A DNA stretch of 36,812 nt, from contig JAICGY010000001.1 of NCBI GenBank assembly GCA_025922915.1, forward strand, positions 1 through 36,812. Direction: 5' to 3'. Origin of the DNA: Candidatus Methylomirabilota bacterium. GTDB taxonomy: Bacteria > Methylomirabilota > Methylomirabilia > Rokubacteriales > CSP1-6. Shown here in pieces: positions 8,521 through 16,394 of this stretch. Numbering within the stretch: position 1 is the first letter of the stretch; each line of letters starts with the position of its first letter. A program made the position numbers and the translations under genes. The notes below the pieces were generated by a model. It did not search any database and had not been told where the DNA came from. It worked only from the letters and a program-made list of their open reading frames with translations.

Positions 8521-10223
8521 GTGCCGGCCCCCGAGCGCGCCGTCCTGGGCCAGGTGAAGCGAAACGTCGCGCCCTGGCCCGGCGCGGATTCGACCCAGGC
8601 GCGGCCGCCCCGCGTCTCCACGACCTTCCGGACGACGGAGAGCCCGATCCCGGTCCCCTCGACCTTGTCGCGGGCCTCGAGCGTCTGGAAGATGCCCCAG
8701 ATGCGCTCGTGGTACTCCGGCGCGATCCCGGGGCCGTTGTCCCGCACGGCGAACTCCACGGCGTCCCCGGTGTCGCGCCAGTCGACCGCGACGACCACGT
8801 CGGGGCGGACGGCGCGGGCGTACTTCACCGCGTTGCCGATCAGGTTCATGAACACCTGCTGGAGCGGGATCCGCTCGGCCTGGAGCGTCGGCATGCCGTC
8901 CGCCACCTCGATCGTGACCCCGGCGGGGGGCGCGAGGAGCTCGACGACCTCGCGCACCAGCGGCCCCGTCGCCACCGGCTCCGGCTCGCCGAGCAGGCGG
9001 CCGGCTCGTGAGTAGGCGAGGATGCCGTCGATGAGCCCCTCCATCCGGCGCACGCGCGCCTGCAGCAGCCGCATGTGCTCCGTCGACCGGGCGTCGAGCC
9101 CGTCGCCGAGGTCGTCCTGGATCCACTGCGCCAGGTTCGCGATGCCCCGCAGCGGCGCCTTGAGGTCGTGGGAGGCGACGTAGGCGAACTGGTCGAGCTC
9201 GCGATACGCCTCCGTCGCGGCCGCGGCGGCGCGCTCGGCGGCGTCGCGCGCCTCCGCCACCTCCGCGAGCGCCGCCTGCAGCTCCTCGTTCGCCTCCTGG
9301 AGCTGCTCCGTGAACCGGGCGAGGTCCTCGCTGCGGCGCACCGCCTCGGCATGCGCGGCCTCTTCCGCGGCCAGCCGGCGGGCCTGCGCCTCGGCCTCGC
9401 GCCGCGCCGTGAGGTCGCGCGTGATCTTCGCGTAGCCCACCAGCCGTCCGTCGGCGCCGCGGAGGGCGCTGATGATCACGTTGGCCCAGAAGCGCGAGCC
9501 GTCCTTGCGCAGCCGCCAGCTCTCGTCCTCGAACCGTCCGTCCCGGGCGGCCGCCTCCAGCTCGTGCCGCGGGAACCCGGCGGCCACCGCTTCCTCCGGA
9601 TAGAAGCGCTCGAACGTGCTCCCCAGGATCTCGTCGGCGCAGTAGCCCTTGATCCGCTGGGCGCCCTCGTTCCAGCTCAGGACGCGCCCGGCGGGGTCGA
9701 GCGTGACGATCGCGTAGTCCGTCACGCTCTGGACGAGGAGCCGGAACCGCTCCTCGCTCAGGCGCAGCGCCTCCTCGGCGCCGCGCCGCACGGTGAGGTC
9801 GCGCGTGACCTTCGCGAAGCCGATCACCTCGCCCCCGTCGTAGATCGCGCTGATGACCACGTTGGCCCAGAACCGCGAGCCGTCCTTCCGGATGCGCCAC
9901 CCCTCGTCTTCCAGGCGGCCCTCGCGGGCGGCGACCTCCAGATTCCAGGCCGGCTTGCCTGCCGCCACGTCGTCCGGCGGGTAGAAAACCGAGAAGTGCC
10001 GCCCGATGATCTCGTCGGCGCGGTAGCCCTTGAAGCGCTGGGCTCCGGGATTCCAGCTCTGGACGTGTCCGGCGGCGTCGAGGAGGAAGATGGCGTAGTC
10101 GGTGACGCTGTCGACGAGGCACCGATACAGATCCGCCGAGTGGCCTTCCCTGATCTGGCGCTGCACGCGTGAGTGATAGCACGGCGGTGCCCGACATGCC
10201 AGCGCGGCCGGGTGTGAAAACAT
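8517..10223 (-). CDS. Cytoplasmic histidine kinase: PAS-PAS-coiled coil-HisKA-HATPase_c
   Basis: 568 aa. Two paralogous PAS units (SVTDYAI...SWN.GAQR.KGY...RKDGSRFWANV...TRDLT), H-box FAYVASHDLKAPLRGI, and NLIGNAVKY and DNGPGI...GTGIGLSVV boxes. The start could instead be the GTG near 10166. Confidence 0.9.
   Translation of the reverse strand: MFSHPAALACRAPPCYHSRVQRQIREGHSADLYRCLVDSVTDYAIFLLDAAGHVQSWNPGAQRFKGYRADEIIGRHFSVFYPPDDVAAGKPAWNLEVAAREGRLEDEGWRIRKDGSRFWANVVISAIYDGGEVIGFAKVTRDLTVRRGAEEALRLSEERFRLLVQSVTDYAIVTLDPAGRVLSWNEGAQRIKGYCADEILGSTFERFYPEEAVAAGFPRHELEAAARDGRFEDESWRLRKDGSRFWANVIISALRGADGRLVGYAKITRDLTARREAEAQARRLAAEEAAHAEAVRRSEDLARFTEQLQEANEELQAALAEVAEARDAAERAAAAATEAYRELDQFAYVASHDLKAPLRGIANLAQWIQDDLGDGLDARSTEHMRLLQARVRRMEGLIDGILAYSRAGRLLGEPEPVATGPLVREVVELLAPPAGVTIEVADGMPTLQAERIPLQQVFMNLIGNAVKYARAVRPDVVVAVDWRDTGDAVEFAVRDNGPGIAPEYHERIWGIFQTLEARDKVEGTGIGLSVVRKVVETRGGRAWVESAPGQGATFRFTWPRTARSGAGT
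9360..10127 (-). repeat. Tandem intragenic duplication: two 128-codon (384-bp) PAS units
   Basis: Unit A (9744..10127) and unit B (9360..9743) align codon for codon, LVDSVTDYAI/LVQSVTDYAI through KVTRDLT/KITRDLT. The offset is exactly 128 aa, and identity is around 55-60% by eye. Confidence 0.7.
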
Positions 10224-10233
10224 TTCCCCACAG

Positions 10234-10257
10234 TAGCCGCGGCCGAGGCCGCGGCTA
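10234..10257 (-). terminator. Perfect 11-bp GC-rich inverted repeat (TAGCCGCGGCC-GA-GGCCGCGGCTA); possible pssA terminator or attenuator
   Basis: Read directly from the sequence. The pssA stop codon (10255-10257) lies in the stem. On the minus strand it is followed by CTGTGGGGAAATGTTTTC, only a weak T-tract, which already contains the kinase ATG at 10223. Confidence 0.35.
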
Positions 10258-10851
10258 GAGCTTCGGGATCCGCAGCGTCTTGCTGATCATCAGCGAGCCC
10301 GAGACGCCCCAGAGCAGCGTCAGGGGGTGCAGGACCCCGGGGCCCAGGTGGACGACGCCGAGCACGAGCGCGTCGCCCACCCGCCCCAGCCAGGCCGCCG
10401 CCGCCACGACCGCGACCAGCACGACGCTCGTGGGGATGGGCGTGCCCTCGAAGTACTTCACCGTGTCCGCGCCGGCGGCGAGGTCCTCGGCCGTCACGTT
10501 GAAGCGGGCGAGCCGGCTGACGCCGCAGCCGACGAAGTAGATCAGGATGACGGCGTCCCACAGCCCGTCCATGCCGGCCCCGAACGCGATGGCCGCCGGC
10601 GCCACGCCGAAGGAGATGACGTCGGCCAGGGAGTCGAGCTCCCGCCCCAGCGCCGAGTGCCGGCGCCGCCAGCGCGCGACCTTGCCGTCCAGCACGTCGA
10701 AGACGAGCGCCACGGGAATCCACGCCGTCGCCCCCAGGAGGTGCCAGGGGTTCCGCGTCTCGACGTACACCATGACGGCGAAGAGGGCGATCGTCCCGCA
10801 CGCCGCGTTGGCGAGCGTGAGGAAGTCCGCCAGGTGGAACCCGCGGATCAT
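10255..10851 (-). CDS. pssA: CDP-diacylglycerol--serine O-phosphatidyltransferase (CDP-alcohol phosphatidyltransferase family)
   Basis: Tail of junk track ORF 10255..11466. MIRGFHLADFLTLANAACG..., with signature DVLDGKVARWRRRHSALGRELDSLADV (D-G-x2-A-R-x8-G-x3-D-x3-D). Multi-TM protein. Alternative ATG at 10917 has no SD. Confidence 0.85.
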   Translation of the reverse strand: MIRGFHLADFLTLANAACGTIALFAVMVYVETRNPWHLLGATAWIPVALVFDVLDGKVARWRRRHSALGRELDSLADVISFGVAPAAIAFGAGMDGLWDAVILIYFVGCGVSRLARFNVTAEDLAAGADTVKYFEGTPIPTSVVLVAVVAAAAWLGRVGDALVLGVVHLGPGVLHPLTLLWGVSGSLMISKTLRIPKL

Positions 10852-10932
10852 CGAGAAGTGCTTCCCCGGTCGCACGGCGGTCGCCGTCACCTCCGTGTGG
10901 ACTTTCAGGGGGAGCATACAGGAAGATCGGAC

Positions 10933-11487
10933 ATGGCCGACCGACGCCGGCTCGCGCGCGCGCCGTGGCGGACGCTCTCCACGCGCGAGGTGTACGCGAA
11001 CCCCTGGATGCGGCTGCGCGAGGACCTGGCCGAGCTGCCGGACGGTCGCACGACGGTCTACGGCGTCGTCGAGTGCAAGCCGGCGGTCGGGGTGCTGCCC
11101 TTCCTCGACGAGCAGACGGTGGTGCTCGTGGGACAGTACCGGTACGTCGCGCGCCACTTCCTGTGGGAGATGCCCACGGGCGGCGTCCGCGCCGGCGAGG
11201 GGCTGGAGGACGCCGCCCGGCGCGAGCTGGCCGAGGAGGCCGGCTACGCGGCCGACCGGCTGGTGAAGCTCTGCGCCTTCGACTCCTCGAAGAGCATCGT
11301 CGAGGAGACCGCGCACATCTACCTCGCCGAGGGCCTCCGCCCCGTCGGCGGCGAGGCGGACGACACCGAGTTCATCGAGGTGCGCGCCTTCCCCTTCGCG
11401 GACGTCCTCCGGATGGTCGAGGCCTCCGAGATCCGCGACGCCATGACGGTGGTGGCCGTGCTCCACGCCGCCCGCCGGAGGCGCTGA
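10933..11487 (+). CDS. NUDIX hydrolase (ADP-ribose pyrophosphatase-like)
   Basis: Tail of track ORF 10327..11487 beginning at MADRRRLARAPWRTLSTREVYANPWMRLRED. Nudix box GGVRAGEGLEDAARRELAEEAGY. AGGAAG SD 8 nt upstream. Confidence 0.85.
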   Translation: MADRRRLARAPWRTLSTREVYANPWMRLREDLAELPDGRTTVYGVVECKPAVGVLPFLDEQTVVLVGQYRYVARHFLWEMPTGGVRAGEGLEDAARRELAEEAGYAADRLVKLCAFDSSKSIVEETAHIYLAEGLRPVGGEADDTEFIEVRAFPFADVLRMVEASEIRDAMTVVAVLHAARRRR

Positions 11488-11492
11488 GCGCG

Positions 11493-12839
11493 GTGGCGGC
11501 GTGGCTGGTCCGGGCGCTCGCCGGGGCGCTCGTCGGCCTCTTCTACCGGCGCGTGGAGGTGAGCGGCGTCGATCGCGTGCCGCACACGGGCCCGCTGATC
11601 GTGGCCGCCAACCACCAGAACGGGCTCGTCGACGCGATGCTCGTCCTGGCCACGCTGCCGCGTCCGCTCCGGCCGGTGGCCAAGGCGCCGCTCTTCCGGC
11701 ACCCGCTGATCGGGCCGTTCCTGCGCCTGGCCGGCGCCCTGCCCGTGGAGCGCCGTCAGGACCCCGGCAGCGACCCGCGCCGCAACGCGGAGACCTTCGC
11801 CGCCGTCCGCTACGCGCTCCTCGCCGCGGACGCGGTCCTGATCTTTCCGGAAGGCGTGAGCCAGCCCGAGCCCGCCCTGATGGCGCTGCGCACCGGCGCC
11901 GCGCGCATGCTGCTCGAGGCCGCCGTCGGCAGCTCCCGGCCCGCCGCCCTCCTGCCCGTCGGCCTCGTCTTCCACGAGCCCGGGCGGTTCCGCGACGGCC
12001 AGGCCCTCGTCTCCGTCGGGCGGCCCGTCCGCACCGACGACTGCGTGGCGCTCCACGCCACCGATCCGCAGGCCGCCGTGCGCCAGCTCACGGAGCGGCT
12101 CGCCGAGGCGCTGCGCCAGCAGATCGTCGAGGCCGAGGACCGCCAGACGCTCCGGCTCCTGCGCCTGGCCGAGAGCGTGTGGCGCCACGAGACGGGCGCG
12201 CGGCGCGAGCCCGCCGCCGCCTGGCTGCAGCGCGCCGCGCGCGCGTGGGCGTGGCTGCGCGCGACGGCCCCGGCGGAGGCCGACCGGCTGCGGCGCGAGA
12301 TGGAGGCGTACGCCGCGGACCTGGCGCGCCTCGGCGTGGCGCCGGGACAGCTGTCGCGGGACTACGAGCCCGCCGCGGTGGCGCGCTACGTGGTGCACGA
12401 GGTGACACCCGTGCTCGTCGCCCTGCCCCTGGCGCTGGTCGGCGTGGCGCTCCACGCCCTCCCCTACCGGCTGACCGCCGTCGCGGCGCGCGCCCTCCGC
12501 CCCGAGGACGACGTCGAGGCGACCTACAAGATCGCCGCGGGCTTGATCCTCTTCCCGCTCGCCTGGGCGCTGGAGGCCTGGCTGGCGTGGTGGCTCGCCG
12601 GGGGCGTGGGCCTGGCGCTGTTCCTGCTGGCGCTGGTGCCGGCCGGGCTGCTCGCGCTCACGTGGCGCGACCGGCTCGCGAGCGTGGGCGCCGAGGCGCA
12701 CGCGCTGCGGCAGTTCCTGCTGCAGCGCAGCGTGCACGAGAGCCTGGCCGAGCGGCGGCGAGCCCTGGCAGGCGAGCTGGAGCGCATGGCGGCCCGCGTG
12801 CCGCCCGCGGTGCTGACGGGGGACCCCGGAGGCCGGTGA
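11493..12839 (+). CDS. Lysophospholipid/glycerol-phosphate acyltransferase (PlsC-like) with C-terminal transmembrane extension
   Basis: Frame of track ORF 10965..12839, with GTG at 11493 just after the Nudix stop. AANHQNGLVDA (acyltransferase His/Asp motif), IFPEGVS and C-terminal hydrophobic helices. Track ORF 11501..12928 is the wrong frame and Arg-rich. Confidence 0.8.
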   Translation: MAAWLVRALAGALVGLFYRRVEVSGVDRVPHTGPLIVAANHQNGLVDAMLVLATLPRPLRPVAKAPLFRHPLIGPFLRLAGALPVERRQDPGSDPRRNAETFAAVRYALLAADAVLIFPEGVSQPEPALMALRTGAARMLLEAAVGSSRPAALLPVGLVFHEPGRFRDGQALVSVGRPVRTDDCVALHATDPQAAVRQLTERLAEALRQQIVEAEDRQTLRLLRLAESVWRHETGARREPAAAWLQRAARAWAWLRATAPAEADRLRREMEAYAADLARLGVAPGQLSRDYEPAAVARYVVHEVTPVLVALPLALVGVALHALPYRLTAVAARALRPEDDVEATYKIAAGLILFPLAWALEAWLAWWLAGGVGLALFLLALVPAGLLALTWRDRLASVGAEAHALRQFLLQRSVHESLAERRRALAGELERMAARVPPAVLTGDPGGR

Positions 12840-12857
12840 GAGCGTCCCGCGGCGCCT

Positions 12858-13430
12858 TCAGCGCGAGACGAGGACGGTGTCGCCCGTCGGCGCCGGGGCG
12901 CCGCCCTCGGGCTCGAGCGTCACCTTGAAGCCCGCGACGCGCCGGGCGTCGGCCGCCTCGACGCGCAGGGCCGCGCGCCCCGAGGCGTCGATGCGGAGCA
13001 TGCCGGCGGAGCGCGGCGGGCCCTCGCCAACCGTCCAGATCTGGTAGCCCTGGCCGGGCAGCGTCGGCGGCAGGTTGGCCACGAACACGTGGCCACCCGC
13101 CCGGGCGTTCCAGATCACCCGGCCCGTGGCCTCCGGGGCCGGGCCCGTGCCGTGCAGCTCCACCACGCGGGTGGTGGCGTCTCGCAGGAGCTCGGACACC
13201 CCGCGCTGGACCGCGACCTGCTCGCGCAGCGCCGCCTCGCTGTCGCGCAGCCGCTCCCGCTCCGCGGCCACCTGGCGCGCCATGACGCCCAGCCGCGCCT
13301 CGTACCGCGTCGCCACGAAGCCGCCGGTGAGCATGGCCGCCGCGACGGCGATGGCCGCGGTGGCCGCCGCCCACGGCAGCCAGGCGGGCCGACCGGGGGG
13401 CGGCCGGCGGGACCCGTCGGGGCTCGTCAT
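12858..13430 (-). CDS. RskA-type anti-sigma-factor extracytoplasmic domain protein (TM + coiled coil + RskA domain), lacking an N-terminal sigma-binding domain
   Basis: 190 aa. A short Pro/Arg N-terminus, the TM segment WLPWAAATAAIAVAAAMLTGGFV, and a C-terminal GQGYQIWTVGEGPPRSAGML...FKVTLEPEGGAP typical of the anti-sigma-K RskA domain. Confidence 0.7.
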   Translation of the reverse strand: MTSPDGSRRPPPGRPAWLPWAAATAAIAVAAAMLTGGFVATRYEARLGVMARQVAAERERLRDSEAALREQVAVQRGVSELLRDATTRVVELHGTGPAPEATGRVIWNARAGGHVFVANLPPTLPGQGYQIWTVGEGPPRSAGMLRIDASGRAALRVEAADARRVAGFKVTLEPEGGAPAPTGDTVLVSR

Positions 13431-13632
13431 GACCGTCCCTGGGTATCAGAGGGCCGGTGTCGCGACAAGCGGTCCGCCGACGGCGGGCGTGTGAACTTCT
13501 TTGCGATCCTGCCTTCCCCGGGGAGCACGCCACTCGTGACCATCGAGACGATGGCACGAGGTGTGCCAGCAGGATCGTTGGCGGCGGTGTGCGAAGCAAC
13601 GACAAATAGGCTGCCGCCAGGGAGACACGCCC

Positions 13633-13947
13633 ATGAGGCTCATGACTGTGCGAATGCTCCTCGTCCTCTTGATGCTCGGGACGCTGGCGGCCGGGTGCCA
13701 GACCATGACCGGCAAGTCGGCGGGCGAGAACGTCGACGATGCCAAGATCACGGCCTCCGTGAAGTCCAAGCTCGTGGCCGACAAGGCCGCAAACCTGACC
13801 CGCGTCGACGTCGACACGAACAACGGGGTCGTCTCGCTCAACGGGATCGTCGAGACGCCGCAGCAGAAGGTCCGCGCCGAGCAGCTCGCCCGGGAAGCGA
13901 GCGGGGTGCAGCGGGTCGTGAACAACCTGCAGGTCCAGAGGCGCTGA
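13633..13947 (+). CDS. BON-domain lipoprotein (OsmY-like)
   Basis: Internal start of track ORF 13561..13947, with GGAG 8 nt upstream. MRLMTVRMLLVLLMLGTLAAGC is a lipobox. BON-type sequence: DDAKITASVKSKLVADKAANLTRVDVDTNNGVVSLNGIVETPQQKVRAEQLAREASGVQRVVNNL. Confidence 0.85.
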   Translation: MRLMTVRMLLVLLMLGTLAAGCQTMTGKSAGENVDDAKITASVKSKLVADKAANLTRVDVDTNNGVVSLNGIVETPQQKVRAEQLAREASGVQRVVNNLQVQRR

Positions 13948-13954
13948 CGCGGCC

Positions 13955-14107
13955 ATGGGCGTCATCCTCCTCGTCATCCTCATCGTGCTGCTGATCGGCG
14001 CGCTGCCGACCTGGCCCTACAGCTCCGGCTGGGGCTACTACCCCAGCGGGGGGCTGGGCCTCATCCTCATCATCCTGATCGTCCTGCTGCTCGCGGGACG
14101 GCTGTAA
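13955..14107 (+). CDS. DUF3309-family small membrane protein (50 aa)
   Basis: Not in the track because it is under 60 aa. My own translation: MGVILLVILIVLLIGALPTWPYSSGWGYYPSGGLGLILIILIVLLLAGRL. It matches the remembered DUF3309 pattern (LLIGALPTWP.S..WGY.PSGGLG). Starts 8 nt after the BON gene stop. Confidence 0.75.
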   Translation: MGVILLVILIVLLIGALPTWPYSSGWGYYPSGGLGLILIILIVLLLAGRL

Positions 14108-14221
14108 CGGCACGCTCGCCGGATCGGGCGCTCGGTGCCGCGGGGCGCGCTGACGCCCGAGCCGGCGAGGGCGGCCTCCTCACCTGCAGCCGGCCCGGTC
14201 GGCGAGCCTGGTCGCGCTCGC

Positions 14222-14998
14222 TCAGTGCATGACGAGGCCGCCGTCGACGCTGAGCGCCTGACCCGTCATGTAGGCCGATCGCGGCGAGGCCAGGAACCCG
14301 ATCACGTTCGCGACGTCCTCCGGCGTCTCCATGCGCCCCAGGGGAATACTCTTCAGGCGAGCCTTGGTGAACTCGTCGGGGCTCATGCCGAGCAGCGCGC
14401 CCTGCTCGGCCGAGACCTTCGCCCACATGTCGGTCTCGACGAAGCCCGGACAGACGCAGTTCACACGGATGCCATCGGCCGCGTGGGCGAGCGCGAGGCT
14501 CTTGGTCATGCTGATGACGGCGGCCTTGCTCGCGTTGTAGGGCAGGTTGGTCCGGCTGCCGATCTTCCCGGCCATCGAAGCGAGGGAGATGATCGTGCCG
14601 CAACGCTGGGCGAGCATCGTGGGCAGCACGGCCTGCGTCGCGAAGAACACGGCCCTGGCGTTGATCGCCATGACGGCGTCCCAGTGCTCCTCGGTGATGT
14701 CGAGCGTGGCGGCAGCGCGGTAGATGCCGGCATTGTTGACGAGGATGTCGATCCGGCCGAAGCGCTCGACGGTGCGGCGGACCATGGCGTCGAGGTCGCC
14801 GCGCCGGGTGACGTCGATGGTGACCGCGAGCGACGGCCGCCGCATCTGTGCCACGTCCTCCGCGGTGCGCTGCGCGCTCGCGGCGTCGAGCTCGGCGACG
14901 ACGACGGTGGCGCCCAGCCGGGCCAGCTCGAGGGCCGTGGCCCGGCCGATACCGCGGCCGCCGCCGGTGACGATGGCGACGTGTCCGTCCAGCTCCAT
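14222..14998 (-). CDS. Short-chain dehydrogenase/reductase (SDR, FabG-like)
   Basis: 258 aa. TGGGRGIGRA, NNAG, YNASKAAV and a C-terminal GQALSVDGG. Confidence 0.9.
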   Translation of the reverse strand: MELDGHVAIVTGGGRGIGRATALELARLGATVVVAELDAASAQRTAEDVAQMRRPSLAVTIDVTRRGDLDAMVRRTVERFGRIDILVNNAGIYRAAATLDITEEHWDAVMAINARAVFFATQAVLPTMLAQRCGTIISLASMAGKIGSRTNLPYNASKAAVISMTKSLALAHAADGIRVNCVCPGFVETDMWAKVSAEQGALLGMSPDEFTKARLKSIPLGRMETPEDVANVIGFLASPRSAYMTGQALSVDGGLVMH

Positions 14999-15016
14999 GG
15001 CGTCTCCTCCCTGCGG

Positions 15017-15127
15017 CTATCGCCGGATCTGCTGGGCCAGGTAGTTCTCGTACCCCGGTTCCTGGATCTGATGCTTCCGGGCCTCGAGCCAGTTCACGTG
15101 CCGCTCAGCATCCCGTCTCTTCGGCAC
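15017..15127 (-). pseudogene. bfr: 3'-terminal remnant of a bacterioferritin (bfr) gene
   Basis: My own translation, ending at TAG 15019..15017: ...KRRDAERHVNWLEARKHQIQEPGYENYLAQQIRR. It parallels the Bfr C-terminus (E. coli ...[34 protein letters not shown], from memory). No ATG is present, and only about 235 nt separate the SDR start from the fbpA-like stop, far too short for a ~158-aa Bfr. Confidence 0.6.
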
Positions 15128-15251
15128 TGCGCCGCGCGCGGCGTGCCGGATGGTGGCCGCCGGGGCCCTGGCGGGCTGGCTGTGCTCGGTGGCTACGTGG
15201 TGAGGATCAGCTTGTCCGCCCGGGTGATGCGGAGGCGGTGCGGGCCGTAAC

Positions 15252-16265
15252 TCACTTGTAGCCGGCGCGGTCGGCGAGCCGGGTCGCCGCGGCCTGGAAC
15301 TCGCCGGCCGCCGCGACGTTGATGTCGTCCGCCTTGAACTTCCCGAACTTCGCGACGATCGGGTGCACGGTGGCCTGGGGGTTGGCCGGGTACTCCATCG
15401 AGAGATCGGCGAACATCTGCTGCGCCTCGGGGCTGGAGAGGAACTCGAGGAACTTGACCGCGTTCGCGCGGTTCTTCGAGTGCGCGGTGACGCCGGCCCC
15501 CGAGACGTTGACGTGGGTGCCGGTCGTCTGCTGGTTGGCCCAGAACGGCGCCACCGGAAAGCCCGGGTCCTTGGCGAGGAGGCGCGCCAGGTAGTAGTGG
15601 TTCGCGATGCCGACGTCGCACTGCCCGGCGGCGATGGCTTTGAGCACGTTCGTGTCGCCCTGGATCAGGGTCGGCTCGTTGGCGGCCCAGCCGCGGACGA
15701 TCGCCTCGGTCCTCGCCTCGCCGTGCCGCTTGATCATCGTGGCGATCAGCGACTGGTTGTAGATGTACCCGGACGGGCGCAGGCAGAGCCGACCCTTCCA
15801 GCGGGGATCCCCGAGCGCCTCGTAGGTGGACAGCTCGGCCGGCTTGACCTTGTCGATGTTGTACACGATCGTGCGCGCGCGCACGGTGAGGCCGACCCAC
15901 CGGCGCCCGGGATCGCGGAGTTGCGCGGGGATGTTGGCCTCGAGGGTCGGCGAGTCGATCGGCGAGATCAGGCCGGCGCGCGCGGCGTTCCAGAGGTTGC
16001 CGGCGTCCACGGTGAGCAGCACGTCGGCCGGCGTGCGGTCCCCTTCCGCTTTCAGGCGCTCGAACAGCTCGGCCGTGTTGCCGGTGAAGACCTTGACGGC
16101 GATGCCGGTCTTCCTGGTGAAGGCCTCGAAGGCGGCCTCCTGGCCGTAGTGGCGGGCCGAGTACAGGACGATCTGCGAGGCGGCGGCGGCGGGCCACGAG
16201 ACCGCCGCGAGCGCGAGGAGAGCGACGACGCCGAGGAAGCCGAGCAGCTTCACGCGTGGATGCAT
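15252..16265 (-). CDS. Fe(3+) ABC-transporter periplasmic binding protein (FbpA/AfuA-like), orphan
   Basis: 337 aa. Signal peptide, then IVLYSARHYGQEAAFEAFTRKTGIAVKV...DVLLTVDAGNLW...RARTIVYN...IANHYYLARL...MEYPANP. GAGGAAGGA SD. No permease or ATPase gene adjacent. Confidence 0.85.
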   Translation of the reverse strand: MHPRVKLLGFLGVVALLALAAVSWPAAAASQIVLYSARHYGQEAAFEAFTRKTGIAVKVFTGNTAELFERLKAEGDRTPADVLLTVDAGNLWNAARAGLISPIDSPTLEANIPAQLRDPGRRWVGLTVRARTIVYNIDKVKPAELSTYEALGDPRWKGRLCLRPSGYIYNQSLIATMIKRHGEARTEAIVRGWAANEPTLIQGDTNVLKAIAAGQCDVGIANHYYLARLLAKDPGFPVAPFWANQQTTGTHVNVSGAGVTAHSKNRANAVKFLEFLSSPEAQQMFADLSMEYPANPQATVHPIVAKFGKFKADDINVAAAGEFQAAATRLADRAGYK

Positions 16266-16342
16266 CCCGAGGTCCTTCCTCTTCGCAGCGCCCGGGGGGT
16301 TCCGATCGCAGGCCCTAGCGAAGGAGGTCTAAGATGCACTAT

Positions 16343-16372
16343 TAAGTACGACTAATATCGAGGGCCCGTCAA
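16343..16372 (-). promoter_or_regulatory. Candidate sigma70-type promoter for the Fe3+-binding protein gene, inside the only AT-rich patch of the window
   Basis: The minus strand reads TTGACG (16372..16367), N18, TACTTA (16348..16343). It sits about 80-105 nt upstream of the ATG at 16265. The surrounding 16331-16360 is markedly AT-rich compared with the rest of the window. Confidence 0.3.
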
Positions 16373-16394
16373 GCGGATTCTGCGGGGCCTCGAC

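Noticed and set aside
8104-10197. 697-aa minus-strand ORF
   Set aside because: Only its last 138 residues (the receiver domain) are protein-like. The remainder is an out-of-frame reading of the dual-PAS kinase gene (8517..10223).
11501-12928. 475-aa plus-strand ORF starting with ATG just after the Nudix gene
   Set aside because: Extremely Arg/Ala/Pro/Gly-rich. The acyltransferase motifs (NHQNGLVD, FPEGVS) lie in the frame of ORF 10965..12839, entered at GTG 11493.
13489-13520. GTGAACTT...N16...TCCCC as an ECF-sigma promoter upstream of the BON lipoprotein gene
   Set aside because: Only the -35-like GAACTT is convincing. The -10 does not match the CGTT or TCnnA-type consensus I know. It is mentioned only as a hint under the RskA finding.
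16321-16345. Perfect AAGGAGG SD followed after 6 nt by ATG CAC TAT TAA (a 3-codon mini-ORF) on the plus strand
   Set aside because: Three codons is too short to support as a gene. It lies in the AT-rich promoter patch of the divergent or opposite gene, where such chance matches are likely. It could only be a leader peptide if there were a downstream plus-strand gene, and the next thing on that strand is debris.
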